Source: a virus. From it: a DNA stretch of 64,000 bases. This document shows, in pieces, positions 36,702 through 47,999 of the stretch. The notes under the pieces were generated by a model. That model saw only the letters and a list, made by a program, of their open reading frames with translations. It was not told where the DNA came from and did not search any database. The position numbers and the translations under genes are program-made. The DNA is taken from the UHGV virus genome UHGV-1366171, one strand, 5' to 3'. Position 1 is the first letter of the stretch, and every line of letters starts with the position of its first letter.

Positions 36702-36962
36702 ATGTCAACACTGCGTACAAGGTATATAAGATACAAAAAAGGAATATACACAGTCTCAGATTTGATTTCAAAGGATAAGATTTACAAACCACAAAAGAAT
36801 AACACATTTATAGAAGTGGAAGGAATTACAAAAAGACTATGCGATTGGGAAAGGGAAACTGGAATTGGGAGAAAAACAATTATGAATAGATATAAAAGAG
36901 GGGTTAGAGGGAAAGAACTTTTTAAACCAACATATACCAAAAAAGGAGATGGCGGTAATTAA
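36702..36962 (+). CDS. hypothetical protein
   Basis: ORF. Confidence 0.35.
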   Translation: MSTLRTRYIRYKKGIYTVSDLISKDKIYKPQKNNTFIEVEGITKRLCDWERETGIGRKTIMNRYKRGVRGKELFKPTYTKKGDGGN

Positions 36963-37355
36963 ATGACAATCTTAGAAATGATAAACACAATTTATTCTCA
37001 ATGGACTGACGCAATAAAGGATAAAGTAACCGGATACTCAATGGAAAACAGTGCTACGGTTACAAAATTACCTTACGCCACAATGTACTTTACAGGTATT
37101 CCGGGTAGCGATTGGGATTTAAAGGGAGATGAGGCTGCGGTAACACCGACGGCACAGATTGATATTTACACGAAAGGGCAGAGAGCTTTAACACAAGCAT
37201 ATGAGATTGATGATTTATCACATGCTTGTCTTACCAGTATGGGATTCAGAAGAAGTATGGGGCCGGAATTAATTCAGTCCACAGACCCGTCAATCAAACG
37301 CCTTACGAGTAGGTATACAAGAATTGTTGGCTATGGGGATTCTTTGGAAATATGA
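36963..37355 (+). CDS. hypothetical structural protein
   Basis: ORF abutting previous. Confidence 0.35.
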   Translation: MTILEMINTIYSQWTDAIKDKVTGYSMENSATVTKLPYATMYFTGIPGSDWDLKGDEAAVTPTAQIDIYTKGQRALTQAYEIDDLSHACLTSMGFRRSMGPELIQSTDPSIKRLTSRYTRIVGYGDSLEI

Positions 37356-37461
37356 GTACCTACAAGGTTTAAATATGAATTATAATATAAGATAGAAGGA
37401 ATAAGAAAAGAGGAATCTTGGAAACAAGGTTCCTTTTTTTGCGCAGAAAGGAGGAACACAA

Positions 37462-37692
37462 ATGCAGATCAACGATAAAGTTTACAATATTTTGAAATAT
37501 GTCGCTCAAATTGCACTTCCCGCATTGGGTACATTGTATTTTGCCCTTGCTGGAATTTGGGGATTTCCTTATGGAGAAGAGATCGTTGGAACTATTACGG
37601 CGGTTGATACTTTCCTGGGAGTTCTTTTGGGAATTAGTGCGGCGACGTACAGCAGAAAGAATCAGGCCATTGACAACAAAGAGACGAAATAG
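37462..37692 (+). CDS. small membrane protein, holin-like
   Basis: two hydrophobic segments, charged C-terminus; RBS AAAGGAGGAACACAA. Confidence 0.35.
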   Translation: MQINDKVYNILKYVAQIALPALGTLYFALAGIWGFPYGEEIVGTITAVDTFLGVLLGISAATYSRKNQAIDNKETK

Positions 37693-37935
37693 AAAGGTTT
37701 GGTGATCCTAAATCTATCTCCCAGCATGAGGGTTAGAGTGCAACTGTTTAGAATTTTTGAATAGTTCAAATATTTAACTGATTTTGAACTAACAATTTCA
37801 TGGTTCAATATTTTGAGATTTTTTAGAATATGTAAGACAATGAATAACCACTGTTCCTTATCGGGCGGTGGTTATTTTTAAACCTATCGAAATCGAGAGG
37901 ATTAAACAAATAAACCAGAAAAGGAGATTGAGTTT

Positions 37936-38634
37936 ATGTTAGTAGAAATTGTTGGGAAAAGATATGAGGAAAAGTTAGTTACAACAAGCCTGAGAATAGC
38001 AGAAACATTTACCTACTATGATGAAGAAAGCGGAAGGCAATATACAAGAGAACACAAAGCTGTTCTAAGAGCCATTCGCGATTTAAAATGCAGCGAAAAA
38101 TTTCGCGGTGAACATTATTCACCGTCAGAATACGTGGACGAAAGAGGGAAAAGGCAACCATGTATAATTATGGATAAAGACGGCTTTGTATTACTTGTTA
38201 TGGGATTTACAGACCCGAAAGCAATGTTTTACAAGGAAAAATATATTGAAGCCTTTAATTCCATGGAGTCCGAACTCAAACGTATTTACACAGAACGACA
38301 GCAATGGCAGATTGAAAGAGATAAAGGCGTTGTAATTCGTCATATCTTAACCGATACAATTAAGATGAAAATATCCGACAGTCCACATAAGCGATTTGCT
38401 TATCCTAATTATACTAATTTGATTTATCGAACTTTGTTCGGGAAAACAGCAAAAGAATTAGAGGAAGAATTTGGGGTGAAACCGAAAGAAAATTTAAGAG
38501 ACTATTTTACTGGGGAATCATTATCCCAAGTTCAGGGCATGGAAATGCTTGTAAGTAGCCTTATAAACTGTGGCTGGGGCTACAAAGAGATAAAAGAATT
38601 TATTGAAACAGAATCCAAGAAAATGATAGCTTAA
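37936..38634 (+). CDS. Rha-family phage regulatory protein
   Basis: N-terminal TSLRIAETF...VLRAIRDL pattern of Phage_pRha. Confidence 0.45.
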   Translation: MLVEIVGKRYEEKLVTTSLRIAETFTYYDEESGRQYTREHKAVLRAIRDLKCSEKFRGEHYSPSEYVDERGKRQPCIIMDKDGFVLLVMGFTDPKAMFYKEKYIEAFNSMESELKRIYTERQQWQIERDKGVVIRHILTDTIKMKISDSPHKRFAYPNYTNLIYRTLFGKTAKELEEEFGVKPKENLRDYFTGESLSQVQGMEMLVSSLINCGWGYKEIKEFIETESKKMIA

Positions 38635-38722
38635 TGCAAATTGTATTGAGCTATTTTTTTATTACCGACTACCAGACAGGTAGTCGCTGACCGCATAAAG
38701 TTAGCGGTAGAAAGGAGAAAAT

Positions 38723-39205
38723 ATGGCAGCACCAGGTGTTAGTACACTAGGCGTATTATTCGGTTATGGAGTAGAAACTGTGGCAGGAACAAAGCCAGAA
38801 AAATTTACATTATTGACAAGAATTAATCAGATCGGTGGAATTTCTATTGATGTTGAAACGATTGATGCCTCTGCACTGGAAGATAAAGTAGAAAAAACAG
38901 TTGCTGGTCGAGGAAGTACAGGTGGAACATTCACGGTAACAGTAAATGTTACTGACGAAACATTAGAAGAGTGGGAAGCGTTAATCGAAGCATACAAAAC
39001 AGGAAAAACAGGTGGAAAGTCCACGTGGTTTGAAACTTTTATTCCTACTTTGCAAAAAGCATTTTATGTTGTTGCAGAGCCACCCACTACAATTCCGCAG
39101 CCTGAATTTGACCAAAATGGATTATTGGCAGTAGAAATGACGTTAACGATTAACGATTATAAGGGGCCTGACACACCGATTAAACCGACAGCGGGGGAAT
39201 CATGA
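38723..39205 (+). CDS. major tail protein
   Basis: 160 aa, T/G/V-rich, directly upstream of chaperone pair and tape measure. Confidence 0.5.
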   Translation: MAAPGVSTLGVLFGYGVETVAGTKPEKFTLLTRINQIGGISIDVETIDASALEDKVEKTVAGRGSTGGTFTVTVNVTDETLEEWEALIEAYKTGKTGGKSTWFETFIPTLQKAFYVVAEPPTTIPQPEFDQNGLLAVEMTLTINDYKGPDTPIKPTAGES

Positions 39206-39281
39206 GCTTCTCTCGTTTATCGCTTGACAAGAGAAGCAAGGATGATGAAAGCGAATTGATATTTTAAAGGGAGGATAACGC

Positions 39282-39755
39282 ATGTATAAAATTCTAACAA
39301 TTGGTGGAGAAGATTATAAATTAGAGTACACGATAGAAGCGGCACTATATTCGGATTGTGTGGCGAAGTTATCTAAATTTCTAACGAATATGGGACAAGC
39401 AGAAAACGAAAAGGATATAGAGAAACTTTTAGATGGCGTTTCGAATATACCACAGACCGCATTGACAATTTTTTACGCTGGACTCATGGAAGCACATGGA
39501 ACTCACGCAGATGGAGATGGGAGAGTGCCAGATATCCAGACTGCAAAACGACTGTTAGCGCAATATGCAAAAGAACATGCTGAAGATGATATAGGAAACT
39601 TTTACGGTATCTTGGAGATATGTATTGAGCAAATGGGAGAAGACGATTTTTTCAAATTGGTGGGACTAGACAGGATTATAGCTGCCGGTCAGAAGAAAGT
39701 GAAAAAAGTGCCGAAAGTTCCACAAGATCATCTAAGAAAAGTTTCAGGTCAGTAA
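39282..39755 (+). CDS. tail assembly chaperone (gpG-like)
   Basis: position; acidic. Confidence 0.45.
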   Translation: MYKILTIGGEDYKLEYTIEAALYSDCVAKLSKFLTNMGQAENEKDIEKLLDGVSNIPQTALTIFYAGLMEAHGTHADGDGRVPDIQTAKRLLAQYAKEHAEDDIGNFYGILEICIEQMGEDDFFKLVGLDRIIAAGQKKVKKVPKVPQDHLRKVSGQ

Positions 39756-39793
39756 TTCTTGAAGAATTATACCCACAAGCGATTCGATGTGGA

Positions 39794-40108
39794 ATGACGA
39801 AGAAAACATTTTTTCATTCTACATTGAGGGAAGTTAAATTATACATTGATGCGTTTTACATGGAAAAGGATTATCAGAGTAAATGCATAGAGCATCAGTC
39901 TTGGCTTACTGGTGCATATGTAATGAACGCGGTAGTTGCGGCTTTTAATAAAAAAGCAAAGTACCCAGAAAATCCTTTATTAGAAAACACTAAAACAATT
40001 AAAGAGATAGCGAAGAATAACAATAAATCAGAAGAAGAAATGAATCAGGAGTTACTTTACATGACATTAAGAGTAAGGCAGACTAATGCCAGACTCGAGA
40101 AGAGATAG
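39794..40108 (+). CDS. tail assembly chaperone (gpT-like) / small tail protein
   Basis: position immediately before tape measure. Confidence 0.4.
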   Translation: MTKKTFFHSTLREVKLYIDAFYMEKDYQSKCIEHQSWLTGAYVMNAVVAAFNKKAKYPENPLLENTKTIKEIAKNNNKSEEEMNQELLYMTLRVRQTNARLEKR

Positions 40109-40188
40109 GGCGGGGCAAGAACCCCGCCCTTTTGTTGGTTATCAACGAGATGATAATCATTAACCTCAAAAAATTAGGAGGTAGGTAT

Positions 40189-41688
40189 ATGGGAAGTGGA
40201 AACATTGATAATCTGGATATAAGAATATCCGCCGATGCAAACAAAGCGCAAAAATCACTGGAATCATTAGCGAGGACTTTAGACAAAGTCAACAAGTCAT
40301 TTAAAGGTATGAACACGGTGGCTGTGGGGAATTTTTCAAGAAATGTAAATACTCTTGCAAGTTCTCTCAGGGCTTTGAATGGTTTAAAAATATCAGTACC
40401 CAAAGTATCAGGATTGGCTAAGGAGATGGCAGCATTAAGTAAAGTGGATTTCGCTAAACTTAATGCCGGGATAGAACCAATACGGAATATGGCCTCTGCT
40501 ATTAAATCTATGGAGGGGATAGAAAATATCCAGGTTCCCAAAATAGATACAAAAAATTTAAGTTCTTTGGCGAATGCAGCAAAAAAATTTTCAGATATCA
40601 AAACAGAAAACATGCCGGAGGTTGCGGAAGGACTGAAAAAAATATCTGAATCCATGGAAGTGCTTTCGAAAATAACATTTAGTGATCGGAATTTAAACAA
40701 TGTTATTAATGCACTAAATCGTTTGTTTAAAGCGGATTTTTCGAAATTCAATCCATCGGATTTTGATAAGATCACAAAGTCGATTAGTGCGTTAAGCACG
40801 ATGCCGGATGTGTCAAACAGCATTAATAGATTTGTAGCATCTTTGGCTAGGCTTTCTAATGCTGGAAATAAAATCACGGTAGTATCCGATAAATTACCGG
40901 AATTATCAAGAGCTCTTAGCAAAATGATTCGTGATATGTCAAAAGCCAGAAACATATCGAAATCAACGAATGAATTTGTTTCATCAATCGCACGACTGGC
41001 GAATGCCGGTGACAAGGCCACAAAAACTTCTTTAGGGTTGGGAGTTCTTGCATACGAAACTTTGAATTTTTTCAATGTGATGAAAAACGCGCCGCGTATT
41101 AGCAGTAACACACTGCGCATGGTGGAAGCATTGTCCAGGTTGGCCAGTGCCGGGAATAGAGTTGGCTCGTCAACAAGCGGTGTACAAACTGCATTTAGTA
41201 AATTAACTAATCTGTCTACAAAAGCTGGAAATGTTGTAAAGAAATCCGTTTCTGCGATTGTAAATGCTTTTAAGCAGTTGGGAAATTCTAGTTCTTCTGT
41301 AAATAAGGCTACGTTAAGTTTGAAAAATTTATTATCCACAGCACTTCTTTATAGAGGGGCAACAGGACTTTATAATTGGGCCAAACAAGCTACCATGCTA
41401 GGTTCTAATATTACAGAAGTGGAGAACGTGGTTAATGTTGCGTTTGGTAGCATGGCAAATCAGGCTTATGAATTTGCTTCTACAGCTACAGAACAATTTG
41501 GACTTTCGGAATTGGCTGCAAAACAATACTCGGGAACCATGATGTCTATGTTAAAAGCATCTGGTGTAGCAACAGATTCGGCAGCAGAAATGTCTACAAC
41601 TTTGGCTGGATTAGCAGGCGATTTGGCATCATTTTATAATATTGACACAGATGCAGCATTTTACAAGATTCGTGCAGGAATAGCGGGT
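40189..41688 (+). CDS. tail tape measure protein, exon 1
   Basis: RBS AGGAGGTAGG; repeats of ...ASSLRALNGL.../...VASLARLSNAG...; reading frame continues into 42831 after removal of intervening element. Confidence 0.6.
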
Positions 41689-42830
41689 AGACAATTTGCC
41701 CCTTGTCGCTGTAAGGCGGCATAGAAAATCGACCAAAATCGGTAAAAGCTAAATTGATAAAATGAAAAATATATCGGGTATTTATAAGATAACTAACAAC
41801 GTTAATGGAAAATTTTATATTGGCTCATCGCAAAATATCTCTCGTAGATGGTATGACCACAAAAGGGAACTTCGCATACAGAAACACCATAATAAGTATC
41901 TACAACGTGCTTGGAATAAGTATGGAGAAGAAAATTTTTCTTTTGAGATAGTTGAAGAATGCAAAGTAGAGGAACTAAGTGATCGAGAGCAATTATACAT
42001 CGAAAAATATGTAAACAGTGATTTTTGCTATAATATTTCGATTGACACAATCGCTCCTATGCGTGGGAAAAAACATTCGGAAGAAGCGAAGCGAAAAATG
42101 TCAGAATCCAGAAAGGGATTAATGGTAGGACCGAAAAATCATATGTATGGAAAGCATTTATCAGATGAAGAGAAGAAAAAGCTTTCCTTGGCTTTTTCGG
42201 GAGAGAAAAATCCTATGTATGGAAAACATTTATCCGATGAGTCTAAAAGAAAAATATCGGAGGCTCATAAAGGAACGAAATGTCCAGAATATTTAAAAAG
42301 AAGATATAGACTTGAAATGCTTGGGAGCGGTAATCCGTTTTACGGAAAACATCACAGTAAAAAGTCTTTAGAGTTAATGAGCAAGAATAGAACGGGGCTT
42401 TTAAAAGGAGCAGATAGTCCTGTTAGTAGAAAAGTTGTTAGAATATCCGAGAATACCAATGAAATCAAAATATATGATACGGTAACAGAAGCTGCAAAAA
42501 GCAATAATGCTCAAAGGTCACACATAGCACTTGTGTGCAGGGGAGAAAGAAAACATGCAGGCGGATACCGGTGGATGTATTTTGAAGATTATCAACATGC
42601 TAATACCGAGGTAAGCGATCAGATTGCGAAAGGCTGATTGCCACCGTAACGCGTAGGAGTTGAAAAAATATAATACTCCCAAGAGTGGTTGACAACCATA
42701 ATAGGTAAATATACGAGATATTTTATTTTATGGTTGAAAATGTACGCTGAACCGGGGATGAAGCAACATCCCGTAATGCGAGGAAACTCCCGGAAGCATC
42801 GGATAAAAAGCCGGTGCGGTAACATAATTG
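41689..42830 (+). mobile_element. putative group I intron (1142 nt) in tape measure gene, carrying a GIY-YIG homing endonuclease ORF
   Basis: exon1 ends ...GCG GGT(T) | intron ... (G) | GAA ATC GAA: in-frame fusion gives ...IRAGIAG-EIEPLRQLGVDM..., the conserved tape-measure motif. Confidence 0.55.
41762..42637 (+). CDS. GIY-YIG homing endonuclease with NUMOD3 repeats
   Basis: [18 protein letters not shown]...R...H...E...N; repeats [13 protein letters not shown] / [13 protein letters not shown] / [10 protein letters not shown]. Confidence 0.75.
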   Translation: MKNISGIYKITNNVNGKFYIGSSQNISRRWYDHKRELRIQKHHNKYLQRAWNKYGEENFSFEIVEECKVEELSDREQLYIEKYVNSDFCYNISIDTIAPMRGKKHSEEAKRKMSESRKGLMVGPKNHMYGKHLSDEEKKKLSLAFSGEKNPMYGKHLSDESKRKISEAHKGTKCPEYLKRRYRLEMLGSGNPFYGKHHSKKSLELMSKNRTGLLKGADSPVSRKVVRISENTNEIKIYDTVTEAAKSNNAQRSHIALVCRGERKHAGGYRWMYFEDYQHANTEVSDQIAKG

Positions 42831-45800
42831 GAAATCGAACCTTTGCGGCAGCTTGGCGTAGATATGACTGTGGCATCCTTGGAGGCATATGCTTTAGCAA
42901 ATGGAATCACAAAATCGTATATGTCCATGTCGCAAGCTGAGAAGGTAATGCTGCGGTACAATTATTTAATGTCTGTTACATCTGACCAACAAGGAGACTG
43001 GGCCAGGACTTCACAAAGCTTTGCAAACCAATTCCGATTATTAAAACTGAACTTTCAATCTTTATCAGCAACCATGGGACAAGGTTTCATAGCTGTAATA
43101 TTGCCGGTTATACAAGGCTTAAATGCGCTCTTGGCCAAACTCCAAGAGGTAGCAAAAGCGTTTCGGAATTTTCTCTATGTTTTGACAGGATATGAATCAC
43201 CTGGCGGCCAGTCTGGTATTGTAAATGATCTTGCAGGCGTTGGGGATGCATCTGTTGGACTTGATGATCTTGCAGGCGCGGGAGAGGATGCTTCATCTGG
43301 TTTAGACGATGCGACAGAAAGCGCCCAGGATTTAAAGAAAGCATTATCAGTTTTATCGTTTGATGAATTGAATCAGTTATCGTCGATTGATACCTCTTCG
43401 CTGGATTCCAGCGTTGGGGATTTAGGGGATATTAGCGACGGTATTAACAATAGCTTAGGAAATGGCGAACTGGTTCCGAGTGATATTTTCAAGGATACCC
43501 CGGTAGAAAAATATATTTCTGAGTTAGCCGAAAGAATGAGAAAGGCAGCCGAAAAAGAGGACTGGGAAGAACTTGGAAAGATCATTGCAGGGGAAATTAA
43601 CAAAGGACTGAAGAAGATTTACGATGTTATTAATTGGAATAACGTCGGACCTAAGATAACCGCATTTGTAACAGCTTTTACCAGAACTTTTAATAGCCTA
43701 GTTGATAATATTGACTGGAATTTAATGGGGAGAACCATTGGGGCCGGAGTCAATACAATCGTAAATACCTTGAATCTTCTTATTGGGGATGGAGGAATTG
43801 ATTTTACCAATATTGGGACAAAGATTGCCACAGGGTTACGTGGCGCAATCAAAGAAATAGACTGGGGGAACCTGGGTAATCTTTTAGGAAATTACTTTAT
43901 GATTTCTTGGGACATGCTTTCTGGATTTGTGCAGGAGATGTCTAAGGAAGACGGAGCAGGTATTACGGGCTGGGATGAGTTAGGGACTTCATTAGGAGAA
44001 GCTGTCAATGGTATATTCGAGAAGATTGATTTTGGCGAAATTGGAACTACTTTAGTAACCGGAATTAACGGAGCATTTTCAACCCTTAAAAGTTTTACGG
44101 ATGAAGTAGAATGGGACGATCTCGCTACAAATATATCTACAGGAATAAATAATGCCATTCATAATTTCAACTGGCCTGAGAATGGACAAGCGTTAAATCA
44201 GTTTATTGGCGACTTCCTGGGAGCTTTGCTTCAAATAGCACAAGATACAGATTGGGAAGAGTTAGGAAGGGGCATTGGGGAATTTCTAGGAGAGATCGAC
44301 TGGCTTAAACACTTAGGAACGGTTATATCCATAATTGTAGAAACTTTAGGGGGACTATTTGATGGATTAGAAGAATCTGGAATGGCTGGGAAAATAGCAG
44401 CGTTTCTAGGAAAAGCTTTTATTGCGGTAAAAATAGCGAATATAACAGGAATAGGAAGTCTTATCGGAAAAATAGTTTCCCTTATGGGAACACGGTTTAT
44501 GTCCAGGAGTTCTACAGGGAGCTTAGGGCAAAGTATAGGAACATTTATTAATAGAGCTTTTTCTATTGGTGGGTCTTTAGCAAAAGCCGGAGGCGCGGCT
44601 TTAGCAGTTGATTTATTTGGAAAATTGAAGGATGTTATTTCTGGAACCAGAAAAGAAACAATAGAAGCCACTACTGCTTTTACAGTCATAGAAAGAGCAT
44701 TATCTAAATTTGTAGAAAGCGGAGACATTACATTAGACCAATTCTATAAATTAGCTAATGGTGTGAATGATATTAATAATGGGACAAAAACTTTTGATGA
44801 TGTTTTGACCGAAGTGAATTCTACATTAGAAGAAGCAGGGGTTTCTTCAGAAGAATTTCAAAATGCAATTTATGAAGCAACAGAGCAAACAGGAATTAAT
44901 GTTGATAAATTGTCTAATAAAGTGATAGCAGCAATGGAATCAGCAGGATATTCTTTTACTGAAACAAGCGATAAGGTTAGCGAGAATTCTATCAAAATTG
45001 GAAATAATATTATAAATGCGGCGAGCGAAATAGATAAGGCAAAAGGTATTTGGATTCAGGGACTCAATGGATGGGAACAGGTAACTGGGGAAAAAGCTCT
45101 TGGCATTTATGCTGGAATTCAATCAGGCTTATATCCTGAGAACGGACAAGGATATTATGATTTAGGAAATGGCGTACTTGCAAGTTTTGGAAATGGTATT
45201 ACAGAAGGAACAGAGAATTTCAAAACCACGTTAGATACCACATTGCTCCAAGCGTTAAGAGACAAGCTTCCTGAAGGCTATACGTTGGGATATGATAATG
45301 GAAAATTCACTGTTCAGCAATATGAAGCTGGAATTAACGAAGGGGCACTCACATTAGGGGAAACCTTAAACAACGCTACTATCGCAAAGATCAACAGCAT
45401 TCTTCCCCAAGGAAGTATTCTTACATATCAAAATGGACAGTGGACAATACAACAGTATGCTTCGGGCATGAGTCAAAATGGCGAAGGTACGGACTTGGCG
45501 ATTAGTGCTGCTACCATAGACAAAATTAGCGCTATTTTACCAGAGGGAGTTACAATCGCATACAATAACGGAACACAAACGATCGATGGATATAAGAGTG
45601 GACTGAATGATACTGGGGATACAGTTTTTGATTCATTAAAAAGAGTGTTCTTGGATGGAATAAATTTAGATGAAGAATTGAAGGAAAAATATTCCGGTTA
45701 TGCAGCTTTGTCTGTAAAAGGATATAACGAAAAAATAGAAGAGTTAAAATCTGAAACTGAAAACCAAATGGAAGATTTAGCTCATAATGGAATCATGTTA

Positions 45801-46472
45801 CCGTTTGCTGGAATGCTTGAAATTAATTCACCTTCTAGGGTATTTGAAGGATATGGCGAAAATGTATCTGAAGGGTTGGCGAAAGGTATTGATGCAAAGG
45901 CCGATGAACCTACCAGCAGAATAGAAAATATAGGAAGCTCCTTGATAGACATGATTAGCGACACAATGAATAATCTTTCCGACAAATTCAGTGAGGGTGA
46001 GAACTCTGCACAAAATAGCGCGAATTCCATTCAAGATGCTTTTTCTAATTTATATATTCCGCTCCCGCATGTGAACTGGGATTGGAATTATGTCAGTGTA
46101 GGAGACTGGGAGATACCAATTCCTGATTTTTCTATTGATTGGTATAAAACTGGTGGACTTTTTACTAGGGCCACGATTGCAGGAATAGGTGAAGCTGGCA
46201 ATGAGGCGGTTTTGCCATTGGAAAATAAACGGACTATGGGGATGATCGCAGATAGTATCTTAGCTAATGCATCTGTAGGCATGGATGAAAGAATTTTAAC
46301 AGAGGCCGTAGCAAGAGGTGTAGCAATGGCTATGATGAATAATAATCAGAATCAGCCGCCTATTAATGTATACGCAACATTATATACTGAAGATAACGAA
46401 GTTTTAGCTAGGGCAGTACAAAAGGGGCAGGACAGCATAGATTACAGGTTTAATCCTTCGGTAGCTTGGTAA
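42831..46472 (+). CDS. tail tape measure protein, exon 2
   Basis: LEAYALANGITKSYMSMSQAEKVMLRYNYLM...QGDWARTSQSFANQFR hallmark; 1213 aa. Confidence 0.65.
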   Translation, partial: EIEPLRQLGVDMTVASLEAYALANGITKSYMSMSQAEKVMLRYNYLMSVTSDQQGDWARTSQSFANQFRLLKLNFQSLSATMGQGFIAVILPVIQGLNALLAKLQEVAKAFRNFLYVLTGYESPGGQSGIVNDLAGVGDASVGLDDLAGAGEDASSGLDDATESAQDLKKALSVLSFDELNQLSSIDTSSLDSSVGDLGDISDGINNSLGNGELVPSDIFKDTPVEKYISELAERMRKAAEKEDWEELGKIIAGEINKGLKKIYDVINWNNVGPKITAFVTAFTRTFNSLVDNIDWNLMGRTIGAGVNTIVNTLNLLIGDGGIDFTNIGTKIATGLRGAIKEIDWGNLGNLLGNYFMISWDMLSGFVQEMSKEDGAGITGWDELGTSLGEAVNGIFEKIDFGEIGTTLVTGINGAFSTLKSFTDEVEWDDLATNISTGINNAIHNFNWPENGQALNQFIGDFLGALLQIAQDTDWEELGRGIGEFLGEIDWLKHLGTVISIIVETLGGLFDGLEESGMAGKIAAFLGKAFIAVKIANITGIGSLIGKIVSLMGTRFMSRSSTGSLGQSIGTFINRAFSIGGSLAKAGGAALAVDLFGKLKDVISGTRKETIEATTAFTVIERALSKFVESGDITLDQFYKLANGVNDINNGTKTFDDVLTEVNSTLEEAGVSSEEFQNAIYEATEQTGINVDKLSNKVIAAMESAGYSFTETSDKVSENSIKIGNNIINAASEIDKAKGIWIQGLNGWEQVTGEKALGIYAGIQSGLYPENGQGYYDLGNGVLASFGNGITEGTENFKTTLDTTLLQALRDKLPEGYTLGYDNGKFTVQQYEAGINEGALTLGETLNNATIAKINSILPQGSILTYQNGQWTIQQYASGMSQNGEGTDLAISAATIDKISAILPEGVTIAYNNGTQTIDGYKSGLNDTGDTVFDSLKRVFLDGINLDEELKEKYSGYAALSVKGYNEKIEELKSETENQMEDLAHNGIMLPFAGMLEINSPSRVFEGYGENVSEGLAKGIDAKADEPTSRIENIGSSLIDMISDTMNNLSDKFSEGENSAQNSANSIQDAFSNLYIPLPHVNWDWNYVSVGDWEIPIPDFSIDWYKTGGLFTRATIAGIGEAGNEAVLPLENKRTMGMIADSILANASVGMDERILTEAVARGVAMAMMNNNQNQPPINVYATLYTEDNEVLARAVQKGQDSIDYRFNPSVAW

Positions 46473-46541
46473 TTTTTTTGAAAGCCTTGACGAAAATCTC
46501 TTTTTTGTAGTACAATGTATTACAAGAAAGGAGATGAGTTT

Positions 46542-46775
46542 ATGAGCTTTTCAATTAGACTTACCCCAGAAGAAAAATCTCTTGCCGAGAGTTATGCAAA
46601 ACTTCATTCATTGTCTGTTGGCGAGGCTTTTAAAAGGGCATTATTTGAGAGAATCGAGGATGAGTACGATATTGTTGTAGCAGATGAAGCTTACAAAGAA
46701 TACTTGGATAGTGGCTGTAAATCTACTCCTATCGCTGATTTTTGGAGGGAGTTAGACGATGAAATACAATGTTGA
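46542..46775 (+). CDS. relB: RelB/DinJ-type RHH antitoxin
   Basis: MSFSIRLTPEEKSLAESYAKLHSLSV; overlaps toxin gene. Confidence 0.55.
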   Translation: MSFSIRLTPEEKSLAESYAKLHSLSVGEAFKRALFERIEDEYDIVVADEAYKEYLDSGCKSTPIADFWRELDDEIQC

Positions 46776-47013
46776 GTTATCCGACCGGTTTAAGCGAGAA
46801 TTCAAGAAATTGGATAAATACACACAGAAGATTATTAGATCATGGATAGATAAGAATCTTGTCGGGACTGAAAATCCACGCCAGTATGGTAAAGGATTGA
46901 CGGCAAACCGTAGCGGTCAATGGAGATACCGAATAGGAGATTATCGTCTTATTTGCCAGATAGAGGATTCTGAGCTAATTATTCTTGCTTTGTCCGTTGG
47001 ACATAGAAGATAA
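46759..47013 (+). CDS. relE: RelE/ParE-family toxin
   Basis: 84 aa; ...RYRIGDYRLICQIEDSELIILALSVGHRR. Confidence 0.6.
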   Translation: MKYNVELSDRFKREFKKLDKYTQKIIRSWIDKNLVGTENPRQYGKGLTANRSGQWRYRIGDYRLICQIEDSELIILALSVGHRR

Positions 47014-47027
47014 GTTTATGATATGTA

Positions 47028-47062
47028 AGTTTCCCCGGCTTTTATAAGCCGGGGAATTTTTA
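47028..47062. terminator. bidirectional intrinsic terminator
   Basis: TTTCCCCGGCTTTTATAAGCCGGGGAATTTTT. Confidence 0.6.
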
Positions 47063-47064
47063 CG

Positions 47065-47853
47065 TCAGTAACATGATTCATGAAAACGATTGTTACAAAT
47101 CCCTTCTGTCATAAAGTGGCAAATGCTATAATCGCAGTTTTGATATTGTGTCTGGAAATGCTTATCAATCATATCACGGTACATATCAACATCCAGTCGA
47201 TCATCTCTCATTAGATCAGTACCGCATTGAATAGCAGAAACAACACTGTCCATAGATTTCTTGGATAAGCGAGGATGCTCTTCATGGAAGGTATTTATGT
47301 ACGATTGATAATAGTATTCTATGATGTCTATGTAAGGCTGCGGATCATCAGCTGCTACTTTATTACAGGAATTTATAATTTGTTTTTCTAAAATAGACCA
47401 ATCGAAGACAGCGCTACGCTTTGGCGTTGCGCCATTTAATATATCTGTAGTCTTTGTAGTAGTCTCTGTGTAGTCTATGGTATAGGTTTGGTCATTTTGT
47501 CCTTTTCCAATCGTCCAATTTGACCTTATCGTGTGGCCAATTTGGCCATATGAAGAAATGATATTTTCGTAAGTTCCATAGTCAATGGTGTACCATTTTG
47601 TTTGGTCGAATTTGACTTTGTTATAATTTCCAGTCAAAAGAAGTCCCATTTTTTCTAATGACGTAAATGTCCGGCGCAATGTCCTGATAGAAAAAAATGG
47701 GAATTGCTCCTGCCATTGTTCGTAGGTATTATATACCCAGTAATGACCGTCAATATAATCCTGCTTACTTTTTTCTTTAATTTTAAGCCAATAATGCACT
47801 TGCTGTAATATGATGGATTCATTCAATCCTATAATGGTTGCCAAAGTTGGCAT
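47065..47853 (-). CDS. hypothetical protein with N-terminal winged-helix (DnaD/replisome-organizer-like) motif
   Basis: FFSIRTLRRTFTSLEKMGLL. Confidence 0.35.
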   Translation of the reverse strand: MPTLATIIGLNESIILQQVHYWLKIKEKSKQDYIDGHYWVYNTYEQWQEQFPFFSIRTLRRTFTSLEKMGLLLTGNYNKVKFDQTKWYTIDYGTYENIISSYGQIGHTIRSNWTIGKGQNDQTYTIDYTETTTKTTDILNGATPKRSAVFDWSILEKQIINSCNKVAADDPQPYIDIIEYYYQSYINTFHEEHPRLSKKSMDSVVSAIQCGTDLMRDDRLDVDMYRDMIDKHFQTQYQNCDYSICHFMTEGICNNRFHESCY

Positions 47854-47999
47854 AACCTGTAAAGGATGTTCGTCAAGAAGTAAATTACTGATAATAACAC
47901 CTCCTATAGTGATTCGTTGAACCCTTCCTTACCTTCGCAATAAAAAACGAATTTAGAATTATTTTTTATTTGTCCACGTTTTAATCATCCGAAATTATT

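Noticed and set aside
40083-41339. 418-aa minus-strand ORF
   Set aside because: Entirely antisense to tape measure exon 1, which has a strong RBS and conserved motifs; compositional shadow
43108-46282. Series of 60-165-aa minus-strand ORFs
   Set aside because: All antisense to tape measure exon 2; no independent start signals
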